Assembly: GCA_964016885.1 (NCBI GenBank)
Contig: OZ024740.1
Coordinates: 366,730,001 to 366,794,000 of the forward strand
Length of the DNA stretch: 64,000 bases
Reading direction: 5' to 3'
Source: Eledone cirrhosa
Taxonomy: Eukaryota
This document shows positions 24,170 to 37,429 of this stretch, piece after piece; the stretch's first letter is position 1, and each line of letters begins with the position of its first letter. The position numbers and the translations under genes are program-made. The notes under the pieces are model-generated. The model saw only the letters and a list, made by a program, of their open reading frames with translations, was not told the origin of the DNA and made no database searches.

Positions 24170-27100
24170 AGAACAATACAAACCTTTAAAACAAAAATTC
24201 CCCAACGCAGTTGGAGACTTCAGAGGTACGGTTACCAAGAGGATATACACTCACATCCTCTTGGAAACACCCATGACCAGCGAAAGGGACGGTTCTACTG
24301 TCCCTTCACCACACGAACAAGGTAAGTGACCCTTTCTCATTTGCCCCGTTTCTCATCCAACATGGCTGTACTCAGAATAGGCAATATAAATGCACGTGGC
24401 CTGGGGTCATCTTGGAAGCAGGGTCACCTGCTGAATGACCTCAGGTCACTAAACATAGATGTGGTGGCCATCAGTGAAACCAGAATCTCCGAGGCACGGG
24501 CCTTCACACCGATCTTCGGCGGCTACGATGTATACGCATGTCCCAGCCGTGCAGGATCGGGGGGAGGGGTTGCCGTCCAGGATCGGGGGGAGGGGTTGCC
24601 GTCCAGGATCGGGGGGAGGGGTTGCCGTCCTTTTTCGGAGAGGCTTGGATCTCACGATACGGGCCATCTTCCTGGACCCAGAAGGTAAGTCGGTGGTGCT
24701 GGACGTGACCGGCAGCGAAGGCAATGCTTTCAGGCTAGTAGCCGTCTACGCCCCAACAGGGGCAGGACGGCCAGATTTCTTCAGACGTCTAGAGACCTTT
24801 CTTGGAACGTCCCGCTCTTTAGTGTTAGTGGGCGACTGGAACGGTATCTTGGATGCACGCTGGGATCGTGTGGGGCTAGTGGATAGGGGAGGAGGGTGCA
24901 AGAGCCTCACCAACCTGCTCAGACGTTTTGAACTGTCTGACAGGTATCGACTGGATCACCCGAATGTGCCAATGTGGACATGGACAAACCGCATCCGTTC
25001 ATCCAGATCGTATCTAGATAGGGTATTCTGCGCAGAACTAGATAAGGCTAGTATAAGTTGTCCACAATTTAAAATAGTCGACTACACAGACCACAAATTT
25101 GTGATCTGTGAGATCGACATAGACAGACTTTATAGACAAGGGCCTGGTTACTGGAAGCTGAACGCGTCTTTCCGGCGCGCAAGGCCTACAGAGACAGGAT
25201 TAGCGTATTAGTTAAGCGGGCGTTGACGGGAGCGGTCGTCAACAACTGGTGGTGGTTCGCCCTGAAAAGGGCAATTAAAGTAGAGTCGATTAGGTTTAGC
25301 AAAGGAGTAGTGATAGAGGAAAATAGAGTAGAGGGAGAGCTAGTCAGAAAGCTAGAAGAGGCGTTTAGGACAGGCATCGCAACCGACGCGCTTGCGGCGA
25401 GATTGGCACTCGACCAATTCTTCAACGCAAAACACGAAGGTTGCGTTGTCAGAGCTAGAGCGGGACAAAAGCCGAGGGGACAAAAGCCGTCCAATGGGCC
25501 CGGGTGGCAGAGGCGCCAAGGCAATAAAGCCACAATTCGGTCTTTGTCTGACTAAAACGGGTGCGTGATACTCGAACCCGAGCGGATGTGTGAAGCTTTT
25601 CAGCAGCCCTTTGCTGAACTGTTCGGGAGCGGCAGCGGCCCGGATCGGGACATGGACTTCAGTGCATACCTCGACGGACTGCCTCGGCTCTCGAATACCG
25701 CAGCACAGTGTTGCGTAAAGCCAATAACAGCTGGTGAAATACGGGAAGCGATGGCTAACTGCACAAGAGGTAAATCGCCAGGTTTAGATGGTCTGCCCTA
25801 CGAGCTTTATGCATTTATGCCAGACTTGTTCGGTGACCTCTTGGCAGACGTCTACTGTAACTGGCAGCAGAACAGGAGCATTCCCAGTTTTGTGAGCCGG
25901 GGAGCAGTGGCGCTGCTGAGAAAAGACCCGAACAAGGGGGATGTTATTGATAATTTCAGGCCCATAACCCTGCTAAACGCAGAGTTCAAGATTTTGGCCA
26001 AGGTGTTAGCAACGAGGTTGGCGCTTGTCGTCAAGGGTCTGGTGGGAGAGGCGCAGACATGCGCCATCCCGGACAGATCCATACACGACAACCTCCACCT
26101 CATGCGATACAACATAGAGAGGGTGGTTAAGGAACCTGGCAAAGGTGGGGCCCTGATCAACTTGGATCAATCCAAAGCATTCGATAGGGTCGACCATCTG
26201 TACCTGGCAGCAGTCCTCGAGGCAGCCGGTTTCGGGCCCGTTTTCAGGCGTTGGATCGCAGCAATGTACAGCGACATCTGCTCAGTTGTGAGGGTGAACG
26301 GTCACCTGTCGCAGCCGTTCAGAATCATGCGCTTAGTCCGCCAGGGTTGTCCCCTCTCGTCTCTCTTGTACGTATTGGCTCTCTAGCCGTTACTGCACAA
26401 ACTGGGGGCGATGAGGGGCGTCCCACGCGAACTAGGATGCGGGAAATCCGAGTCGGCTTACGCGGACGACGTCACCAGACACGTCCAGATCTCGGCACCG
26501 CTCTCAAGGAATACGAAACGGTGACAGGAGCAAAGATAAACCAGGAAAATTCGGTGGGCTTGCAGCTCGGCACCTGGAGAGGCAAGTCCATGCCGTCCGA
26601 CAGCGTCGTCGGGCGTTGGACGGACGGACCGGTTAAATTGATCGGGGTCTGGTTCGGACCGGACCTCCAGATGGAGAAACACTGGAACGAGGTGACGAGC
26701 AGGGTGGCCTCCCTCACCCAGAAATGGGCTAAGAGAAAGCTGTCCCTGAAAGGCCGGGCGGAAGTGGCGAATGCGTACATCGCATCCGTCATCTGCTACC
26801 GCCTCACCGTCGTCCCTTGCTCCAGCCCAACTCTCACCAAAATGGAGCGCCTCCTCTTCTGCTTTTTGTGGAAGGGACGCGCTCCCATGGTCAGACGATC
26901 CATCTGCTGTCAACACCCGTTGCGTGGAGGACTGGGCATGCCATGGCTGATGATGCGCAAACATGCGCTGAGGCTGCGACATCTCTGGTGCTTCCTTGAT
27001 GGTGAACGGGTGTGGTCGCCGTTCGCCAGGCACATTTTCCCACAGCTCGTCTCCTCGACGGAGCTGCAGTCCTGGGTCAGAAAAAGACCGAGGGATAGCG

Positions 27101-28085
27101 CTTGGAAACTGGAATGTCTCGAGGCGCTCACTGCCCTCTCCCAGTTGGGCACCAGTATCGGTGGAACATCCACTTCGGCGTTCTATAGAGGACTAGTGGA
27201 GGGGAAGAGCGACGACGTTCTCGGAGAGATCCTGGGCGTCGAAGAAGTTCAGCTGCTTGCTCTCTTCCGGAGAACTTTCAACCCGGGGCGTATGGATAAC
27301 TTCCCAAAATCCCTGGCCTGGCAGTGCTACCGGGGAGCGCTGCCGGTTCGAGATAAGCTCTACAGGCACGGAAGTGCCGTCAGCCGAGTCTGTCCGAGAT
27401 GCGCGCATAGCGACGAAACCGTTGTGCACGCACTCGTTCAGTGCCCGAGCATTGCTGACTTGTGGGGCTATGTCGAACAGTTGCTGTCACGTGTGGGACT
27501 GATCCGGTTGTCGACTGAGTCCATTGTGCAGATGGCCTCGCCGTCTTCCTTTGAGGAGGAAGGGCAGGCGGTTTTCATCTGCCTGGTGGCCATGGCGAAA
27601 GAGATTGTGTGGTGGACAAGGTTAAAAGGATTAAAGACAAACACTTTCCTCTTCGGCGAATCCCTGATTAACTTTTTCAAGTTTCACTTGAAGAAGAAAA
27701 TCAGGGTGGAGAGGCAAGTGCTGCCTTTTAGCAAGTTTGTTGAAAGGTGGGTGAATGTAGCGAGAATGGTCCGAGTGAACGGGACCACTCTGAATATACG
27801 TCTGTAGTTTGAGAGATGGAAACATTGAGAGAGGGCGCTTGCCCTGGTAGTCAGGGTGGCCGTGGTCTTTTGTGTGGTTTTCGCCACGAGTAACCCTCGG
27901 AGGTTTTCCCCCCATTGGGGAATTTTTCATTTTATTGTTTATATATATATATGTTTTATGTCTTTTTTCTTTTCTTATATAAATAATAAAAATATTTACA
28001 CGCACAAAACCCACATCGTACCGTCCTGTTCCGTCTGTGATGTTTTTCTTGATGTCAGCCCTTGTGGCCAATAAAGAAATCATCA
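24170..28085 (+). mobile_element. L1/Tx1-like LINE copy b: nearly complete ORF2 (APE, RT, zf-RVT), disrupted
   Basis: MAVLRIGNINARGL at 24362, AISET, VYAP, GDWN, SYLDRVF and TDH (APE); KSPGLDG, QGCPLS and YADD (RT); CPRC..H..C; (ATT)n tail. Confidence 0.93.
24552..24629 (+). repeat. Three copies of a 26-bp G-rich unit, frameshifting the APE domain
   Basis: caggatcggggggaggggttgccgtc at 24552, 24578 and 24604. Confidence 0.95.
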
Positions 28086-28111
<26 letters not shown>

Positions 28112-28116
<5 letters not shown>

Positions 28117-31100
28117 TCTTTGAGTCTCAGTCATTGATGTTAGTTAACTGGAAAGTTTGTTGAAATGAATATCAAGCCACTACCTGCAGCCTCAGATATT
28201 CAGGACGTATCGGAGGGTTCTTGCTGTTCCCAGCAAGCATGCCTTTTGAAGCGTTCCAAAAAGCGTGTAGGGGCCAATTTTCTTTAACCATCCCTGGAAA
28301 CTTTTTGAGATAGTACCTAGTGCGCCTATGACAATCGGGACCACTTTGACTTCATGGCAGTTCCAAATCCTTTTTACCTCCCACTTTAAGTCCTGGTATC
28401 GGTTAATTTTCTCCCTCTCCTTCTCTTGCACTCTCGTGTCGAATGGGCAGGCCACATCCACAATCAGACACGATCTTTTTTCTTTGTCCACAACCACCAG
28501 GTCAGGTCTATTATGTTCCAGTTTCTTGTCCGTCTGTATCCTAAAATCCCACAGCACCTTCACCTGATCGTTTTCTATCACCGACTCTGGCTTATGCTCA
28601 TACCACTTCTCAGAATGTGGTAAATTGTTTACTTTGCATAGGTAGCAGTGTATGACACTGCCCATCACATCATGTCTCCAGCTTTTATAGTGAGTCTGGG
28701 CTAGATGTTTACACTCGGATACAATGTGAGCCACAGTCTCCTCTCTCTCTCCACAGATCCTACACAGTGGGCTAGCCGCCTCCTTGTAAATATGGTGTTT
28801 CACCCACTTCGTTTTGAGGGCCTGCTCTTGCGCAGCCATTAGCATTCCTTCTGTAGCCTTTTTAAGGTCTCCTATTTTCAACCAGTTCCATGTCTGTGGA
28901 TCTCTAAATTCAGTTTTCTCAAAGAAGGTGCTATGAAGGGATTTTTCATGAAGGTTGCTCTTCCTCCTTGTTGTTATTTCCTCCTTGGATATCCCCTGGT
29001 CTATTGTCTTCTCCTTCAGTACAATTCTGAGCATTGGCTCCCTACTATCAGTCACGTATTTGTGTAGGTTGTTTTTCTCCATCTGAACACAGTCCTCTAT
29101 GCTGATAAGAGCTCTTCCACCTTCAGATCTCCTTAAGTAGAGTCTATCGACATCACTCCTCTTGTGGAACATGTTGTAGATAGTCAATAGCTTCCCAGTC
29201 TTCCTATCCATTTCTTTTTTGTTCAGCAACATTCCATCTCAGAATTCCCGCACTGTACCTAATAATAGACACAGCTCGGGAATTTACTGCACTTATGGCA
29301 TTCCTACTGTTCAGATGTGACTTTAATACGCTCCTTACTCTCCGAATGTATTCAGTTCTTATCAATTCCTTCATATTTTTGTTCTGGATGTCATCAGCCT
29401 CCAGACCACCCAAATATCTGTATCGTTCTTCAGAGTCAATTTCCTTTATCATCTCACCTGTTGGTACCTGGATTCCGTTACTTCTGCTCAACTTACCCCT
29501 CTTCATCACAAGGACTCCACTCTTACTAATACCAAATTGCATACATATATCATTGCTGAAAATACGGACAGTGTCAACAAGCACATCTAACTCCTTCTCA
29601 CTCTTCCCGAAGAGCTTAAGATCGTCCATGAAGTGGAGGTGATTGATGGCAAGCCCTCCCTTTCCCAACCTGTATCCTGCTCTCACATTTCGCAGTACAC
29701 TGGTCAGGGGCATCAGGGCAAGGACAAACAACAGAGCGGACAGACTATCTCCCTGGAAGATACCTCTCTTGATCTTCACGCTTCCCAAGGATTCTCCAGT
29801 TGATGTTAACTCTATTTCCCAGGAATTCATACTTTTGCCCAACAACTGTCTGATGTTATCTGCTACCTTGAAGACCTCCAGGCTTTTGGTGATCCAAGAA
29901 TGAGGCACCATGTCAAATGCCTTTTTGTAGTCTATCCATCCCATGGCAAGACCAGTGTGTCTTCTCTTGCAATTCCACATTACCATCTTATCAATAAGTA
30001 ACTGGTCCTTTGTACTACGTGACTTCTTTCGGCATCCTTTCTGTTCGTTCGGTAACAAGTTGTTTGTGTGGAGGTGATGGTAGATTTCCTCAGACATAAT
30101 GCCTGTCAACAGTTTCCACATTACGGACAGACATGTGATAGGTCTATAATTGGTAACATCATTACCCTTGATTCGGTCTTTCATTATCAGAACTGTGGTA
30201 CCTTTTGTCAACCACTCTGGTACCTCACCTGACATCAAGCAGTCATTGAACATGGTTGTCAGTTTTGGGTGGAGGGATGTTATATTTTTAATCCAATACC
30301 CCTGCACACCATCTGGGCCTGGTGATTTCCAGTTGGTTAGTTTTTTGGCCTACCTGTTAAGAGTTTCAACTGTGATACTCAAATCAGTTTGTTGGTGTGC
30401 CTGTTCACTAATCTCCTTCTGTACTGTCTCGATCCACAATGCCTGGTCATTATGTTTAACATCCTGCTCCCATATTCCTCTCCAGAATGTTTTAATTTGT
30501 TCCGCCTCAGGGATCAAGTCGTTGCCTCTTTCTTTCCATTCAAGCTGTCCAAACAGCATCTTCTGGTTGTTGTCGAACATGCGGTTCTGTCTATACTGAC
30601 TGACTCTGTTCTCGTATCGCCTGATTTTTGCACTCTTTGCTACAATGCGCTGCTTCAGTTCCTCTATGATAATATTTAGCTTTTTCCTCCTAGTTTTGTA
30701 CTTTATTTCCAGTCTATTTTTAGTGTCTATGTTTTTTAGTGTCCCATTTAGTAGGGACTCAAGCTTTCCAATGTCATTTCTCATTTCCCTTATTTGACCA
30801 CTCAGTCGTTTCTTCCACCAAGGCTCTGATCTTTCTTGTTTATTGTTTCCTCTCGCTTTTATACCAAGTAATTTCCTCACCGTATTTGCTGTTGCTTTGA
30901 GGATATTGTTGCACTGGTGAAGGCTCCTCGCCTCAAGGTATGGGATGACTTTGTTTACCTTAGATGTTGTTTCTTTTAACTTTTTCCTGTCTACAAATCT
31001 TAGGCTCATAGGTTTCCCACTATCGTTGTTCAATTCATCTACCACTAAGTTTAGGATATCAACCAAATCTTGTCCTAGCCCGTCAGCATTCATCTCCTCA

Positions 31101-31748
31101 GTGGCCGTATCTCTGTTCCAGGTATTATTTATCTCAGCATTCAGATCATTGTCTGCTTCGGGTGGTTCCTCCGTTTTCTCGACCTCCTCACCTTCATTTC
31201 CCACTGGCTCGTTTGCCTGGCATACTCCACTCTCCATTTCCAAGCTAATCTCTCTGCTCAGTTCCTCCAGTTCCAGCTCGCTTATCCACCCATTAGTTCT
31301 TATTACCCGAGCCTGCCCGGCCAATTTTTGTTCATCTAATTTAAATAGACCAATCTCGTTCCAGATGTTATGCATCCGTTTCCTATAGCCTTTCTCCTTG
31401 GGGTTACTTTTCAGGTAACATTGCATAACAGTTCTATCCCTTTCCTTCTTCTTCTTCCTCCGACACCAGCAGTATTTGGTTGACAGCCAGGTCCCTGCTG
31501 CTGAGCCAGGGAGCACCTGTTGGGTGAGAGTCTGTCACATGACATTCTAGTCTCTATTTCACCGTTATTCGAACTGTTTAGGTTCGACATTTAAACACTC
31601 TTATCGTGGATTGGCGATTGTATGGTTACATAACCACCGGTGATTTCATCACCTCCGGTGACTTCGTCACTCCCGGTGATTTTTGTGTGGCATTATCACG
31701 CTGTAGACGAACATAAATAAACAAACAAACAGGCCCCCCCCCCCCAAA
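28112..31748 (-). mobile_element. R4/Dong-like non-LTR retrotransposon copy 2, apparently full length, frameshifted, with (TAA)n tail
   Basis: ORF from the ATG at 31590 to the stop at 28192, in pieces. RT motifs plus RPDLVV..IVDVACP..EK..Y.DL..VPIVIGALG (restriction-like endonuclease). Confidence 0.92.
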
Positions 31749-33039
31749 AAAATGAATAAGCATAAGTTTCATTGTAATGTAATGTTTAAATATCTGACTT
31801 AGTTTTTCCCTTCCCTTCTCTGTCCGTCTGTTTGTTTTTCTCTTCATTTTTCTTTTCTTTACGTTTTTCGTTGTTGCTGTGCGGCTTTGATTTTGATTTT
31901 TGGTTTTTTGATTTTGACCGGGTCATCAATTCAGTCTATTTATATATTTTGATGCCTTCCTCTTTTAGTGGGGACACTACGATGTAGCAGGGGCTAGTGG
32001 GAGAGAATAGCGGCGGCAGTGATAATGAGGCAGTGGCGGTGGTGGTGGCGGTGCTGTGCTAGCAGTACCTAGCAGGAGGCAGTAGGAGAGAATAGCGGCG
32101 GCAGCGATAATGAGGCAGTGGTGGTGGTGATGTGATCGTAGTACTGTAGCGATGGTGTTGAAGTTGGAGTAGAAATAGCGGCCGAGGCAACTTGACTAGA
32201 GTTTTTAGCGTGATAGTGGCGGCGGTGTTGGTGGTGAAATTATCTTTAGCTATTTAGCTATTTAGTCATTTTGCCATGTTTCTCCTTTTCGACTCTAACA
32301 TTCCTGATCCAAAATTAAATATTAATATTGTTTATTAACATTGTCTAGTGATACCGCCACCTTCCCCTTTCGTAAGTTAACAGAAGGTAATGGGGGAATA
32401 GCAGTGGCAGCAATGAAGGAGTGGCGGCAGCGGCGATGGGATAGTGGTAGCAATGATGGATGGATGGTGGCGGCGGTGACTGTAGTGATGGCGTTGTCGT
32501 TACTGAGTTTTGTTGAATAGACTGTATTTTTGTTTGATCGGTAAATCTATGTGGTTAGTCGCGTATATGTGTTGACATATTTTCTTAATATTGGAATTAA
32601 ACATTTTGTGAAAACTTGAGACAATAATTATAGTAATTATAATTATTATGCTGGGATTGGCGGTGGTGGTGGTGAAATTGCCGTTATCTGGCTGTTGTAT
32701 TTAGTGTACACAGATGAGTGATGGGATAGGTGATGTATCTAGTTTGTGGTGTTGGTGAAATTGCTGTTATTTGGCTGTTCTATATAGTGTAGATAGAGGG
32801 GGTTTTCTTCCATTTATAACCATTTTCTTTTTTGAATGTAAAATGTATATTACAAAATTGAATATTTGAGCGATATAACAATATATTATGGATCCGAATT
32901 TTCCTGAGACTTGAGTCTGGTGCTTATGCATCATTTGTACTAAGAATTGTTATTTCACAATTGATTTAAATATGTTAAAAATCAAAAACTTACGGGGGCG
33001 ATTTCATGACCTTCTTTACACCATGTGCGTCTTCTTCCC

Positions 33040-33107
<68 letters not shown>

Positions 33108-33274
33108 ACTTCAGGAAGATAGTGACTTTGTCAAGAGACATTTGGTTTTACGGGACGAACATATCAATTTCAAAATTAACTGGAAATATAAATTCTAATT
33201 TTTCCAGTAAAGGCTCCTCATTCTTTCATGAGACGCTGTTAGTGAATGAAGTTACAGACACTATGTGTAACTGT

Positions 33275-33349
<75 letters not shown>

Positions 33350-33356
33350 TATGTAT

Positions 33357-33682
33357 AGGTAAGAGGCCACTTCGGTCACTAATGACCACGCTTTTGCACG
33401 TGGAAAGTTCAGCTCAGAGGCACACGCTTGGGCAAGATGTGTTTGGAAGGTCAGCAGTTGCTCATTCGTGGCTTTCCCTCTTCTCCACGCCACCGATGTT
33501 GTCTAAGAGAAAGTCAATTACAGCTTGGCACTAGGTAATGTTGCAACTAATTTCTACAGCTGAGTGAACTGGAGCAATAGGAAATAAAGTGTTTTGCTCA
33601 AGAACACCATGTACCTCCCGGTTCGAGATTCGAACCTTACGATTGTGCGCCAAACACTCTAAACACTAAGCTACGAGCTTTC
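33357..33682 (-). mobile_element. tRNA-derived SINE (family B head)
   Basis: Minus strand has agcttagtgtttagagtgtttg..ggttcgaatctc..cttgagcaaaacacttta..ttgctccagttcactcagctg. Confidence 0.75.
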
Positions 33683-33789
33683 ACCCCCCACACACTCATT
33701 TGAATATAAATGCAAAAAGTAAACACAAACAACAAAACAAACAACACAGTACAAAGAAAAATATATTAGTTTAACTCTTGATATAGTTG

Positions 33790-33820
33790 CAACCTATCGG
33801 ACACTAGTCTTCATCAGGAG
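33790..33820 (-). ncRNA. Degenerate HHR, related to 35431-35464
   Basis: CTGATGA-agac(tagt)gtcc-GATA. It shares the flank agaatgagaaataa with 35468. Confidence 0.45.
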
Positions 33821-34010
33821 ATAGAATGAGAAATAAAAGATGAAATAGAATGATAGAGTGAGAAGAGGAAGGAACGGAAAAATTGTCTGAGAAAAACGCG
33901 CGCGTGTATATTCAGTCAGCCATTTTGAATATATACATACATACGTATATATATATATATATATATTCGTTATTTCGTGGGCCGAAATGCGAATCTCGGT
34001 AATTTATGTT

Positions 34011-34047
<37 letters not shown>

Positions 34048-34651
34048 GGACAGAGGGAGAGATAGAGAGAGACTGGGTTGAAGATTATATTGGAAATTTG
34101 AAAAGTGGTGGCGGACCGAAACATCTGGTATGTGTCTGTTTCCTTGTTTCGATCGGAAGATCGGCTGAGATCATATATGTATGTGTGTATTCATGCATGT
34201 ATGTATGTGTGTGTGTTTGTGTGTGTGCTCGTGTGTATATGTGTGTATGTGCGCGCGTGCGTGTTTTGGGAGAAGTTAAAGAGAGAGAGAGAGGAGAAAA
34301 CTGATGTAGATTTTTTAAGTAGGTCACATCCAGTTTCGTCTGATAATACTATAACCCCTGGTCATGATGATAAAGTGTTTGCAAAATAATGACGTGATAT
34401 AAAATTTCCCAAGGGCAAGACAAAATGAAAGAGCGAGCGAGCCATTGATAGATCTATATATATAGTAATAATAATAAATTTGAAGACTAGAATCCAAAGA
34501 GGGCTCAATAAGGATAAATATATATAAAATATATAAGAACCATAGAGCAAATATTTATTAAAATAACAGATTAAAGTTTAAGCAAACAATCGCTGCTTTC
34601 ACTCTTAACGGGATCTTCTGAAACTAAAAAAATCAATCTGTGAACGCACAA

Positions 34652-34704
<53 letters not shown>

Positions 34705-35430
34705 TGATGATCATGATGGATACATATACATGCACACTATCAATACTCAGGCCAAATGCATCTATGCATAGATACACGGTCACAAGACAGCACATACAGC
34801 CATACAACGTCACTGGCTTTCTATAGTCGTACATATTGAATTTTAAGGTTAAAGTTAGACTATCATATCGTAATGCTTTTAAAAATGATTTTATATAACA
34901 GACAGTTCTAGATGGTAATGTTTTCCTCATATTCTGCATGAATAATAACATAAAAAAATAATACTTCTCTTCCGAGGGTATTATTGTACTCCGTCTTCGA
35001 ATGCAGGAGTCGATGTCTATCAGGTGAGGAAGTCACTTTGCAGTTATTTCGACATCTTCCATCGCAATATCAGAGCTACTCGAGGCTACCCTACGATGTA
35101 GGTGACGCAACTCCTGCACGACAGTGCAATATAACACAAGTCTGATGTTGTGACTCCGAGGGAAACGTCTCCATCGCACCATTCATTTTCTCTTTTGAAT
35201 CAGATGTAATGGCTTGCTTTCTCGGCTGCCTTCGATAACGCCCTCGAAAGATGCTTCCTTTATCTTGTTACCAGTCTAAGACCACTGAGCAGCAGTCAGT
35301 CCTGTTCCGACAAAAGATATATATATATATATATATATATATGTAAAAGGTAAACAGAAATAACAACACAATCGGTACAGTATATGGAAGGAGTATATTA
35401 CGTTAACGCTTGAAATAGCAGGAAGAGGGC

Positions 35431-35464
35431 CTTAACGTTTCGGACGCTAGTCCTTCATCAGAAG
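35431..35464 (-). ncRNA. Minimal HHR in a roughly 185-bp element between (TA)n tracts
   Basis: ctt-CTGATGA-a-ggac(tagc)gtcc-GAAA-cg-TT-aag, with the palindrome AACGTT as stem III. Confidence 0.8.
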
Positions 35465-35526
35465 AAAGAATGAGAAATAAGATAGATTGAAGGGACGGGC
35501 GGGGTAGAATAGGTAAAAATGTCTTG

Positions 35527-35645
<119 letters not shown>

Positions 35646-35775
35646 TGATGGTAGCTAATATGCTTCCATAGGCGGTATGCCGGTTGAGCACTCTATGCTC
35701 TTACAGAGCAAAGTATGATAGAATAGAAAACGAAAAATCAGTGATGCATCTGAAGTCAATTTATTGTGTGTTATA

Positions 35776-35832
<57 letters not shown>

Positions 35833-35882
35833 GCCTTTTGTAATCATTGAACATCATAAGTATGACTCGTTTTTTCTGATAA

Positions 35883-35941
<59 letters not shown>

Positions 35942-35996
35942 GTGAGGTTTTTTTTACAAAATGAAAAATAACCGAGGTGTCCTACACGAGTGGAAG

Positions 35997-36287
35997 TATA
36001 AAGAAAAAGGGATGAAATCGAAAATGCAACTGAAGTCTTATTTTTAAAAAAAATATATATATTTATTTGGTTCCTTTACCGGTTTCGCAGTTCTTCTGCT
36101 TTTCAAAAGGTGAGTTGAGATGGAGGGTCTGTGGTTTTTCTCACATGTGAGAAAAACCACAGACCCTCCATCTCAACTCACCTTTTGAAAAGCAGAAGAA
36201 CTGCGAAACCGGTAAAGGAACCAAATAAATATATATATTTAAAAAAAAAATAAGACTTCAGTTGCATTTTCGATTTCATCCCTTTTT

Positions 36288-36294
<7 letters not shown>
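35997..36294. repeat. 298-bp loopless fold-back palindrome (centre 36145/36146) between (TA)n tracts
   Basis: The arms are reverse-complementary except within a T/A run. The centre reads tttctcacat|gtgagaaa. Confidence 0.95.
36181..36218 (+). ncRNA. HHR with U3-A8 core variant (mirror copy on - at 36073-36110)
   Basis: cctt-TTGAAAA-gcag(aagaa)ctgc-GAAA-ccgg-TA-aagg. Stems I and II are perfect and stem III is the palindrome ACCGGT. Confidence 0.78.
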
Positions 36295-36342
<48 letters not shown>

Positions 36343-37429
36343 CAATATAAGAGACGACAATTTTTGAATTCTCTTATCTGTTAGACACGCAGTGACTAAC
36401 AACAGAATGTTTTAAGTCTGCGTGTTCTGACATATATGCGTAGCTTGTGAATAAAAAATTCAAGGGGCTTCGCTGGCCGTAGTGATCCCTGCTAAACATC
36501 TTTTGTAATGTATCGTCTTATTAGCTAATCAACCAATGAGAGTAATTGTTGCTCAAAGGCATCCGCCACTTTGTTTGCACGTTTATTTATCGTTTCGCTT
36601 TCGAATCTTCCTCCTGTATTTCGTCGTTTTATCATCAAAATATTTTTCTCGTTTTGGTAAGTTATATTGTTAATTTATATATGATTTTTTAAATTTATAT
36701 TAACTATTTTTATTTTCAGTTCGTTATAAAATGCTTATAATATTGGTTGTATCATATTTACTTGTATATTTGTCCATATTAATGTTCATTTTATGTTAGA
36801 TTATTTTATTATTATTATTATGTTAGATTATTTTTTTTATTATTATGTTAGACTATTTGTATGTAATATTTAATTTTTACTAATTCAACTATAACAATTA
36901 TTATGTAAAATATATTTATTTAATATTGATTGTTTTTTGTAGTTGTTTATATTAAAAGTCTGAAAATATTTTTATACATCTTACAATAATATTTATAAGA
37001 TCATTTATAAAATAACTATTATATAATCTAATTACATTACAACGATAATGTATTATTAATATATATCATGTTTAACTAGAGTTATTACAAGCGTTGCCTT
37101 AAAAAAATATTAAACTAGACCTGAAAAATGCGCAAGCTCAAAAGAGCCACAGAATGTTATAATAAACCTTCAAAAGTGTGGGACTAGAGTTGTTGCTCAA
37201 AAATATTGTAATCATTATCTATCGTACACTCTGTGGCATCCTTTTATAAAAAAGAGACTCATAACGAACTCAAGACGACACGATAATTATTTAAGTAAAT
37301 TTATAATATAGAATTCGGTTTAAGTGCATTACTAAACATCATTTTAGTTTACAATTTTGCCAGGAAATCATAGCAGATAGAGGAATGTGATTAGAAGTGA
37401 CGTCAACATATGTTATATTGAAGAACAAA

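Noticed and set aside
18460-31388. Antisense ORFs overlapping the LINEs
   Set aside because: These are shadow frames of retroelement coding sequence.
34090-34125. TTGAAAA-gtggt..acc-GAAA as a third U3-A8 HHR
   Set aside because: Stem II is only 3 bp, and there is no convincing stem I or palindromic stem III.
34580-34625. Minus-strand CAGAAGA-tccc(gttaa)gagt-GAAA resembling the 12638 HHR
   Set aside because: The core is mutated and the stems are broken; at most a relic.
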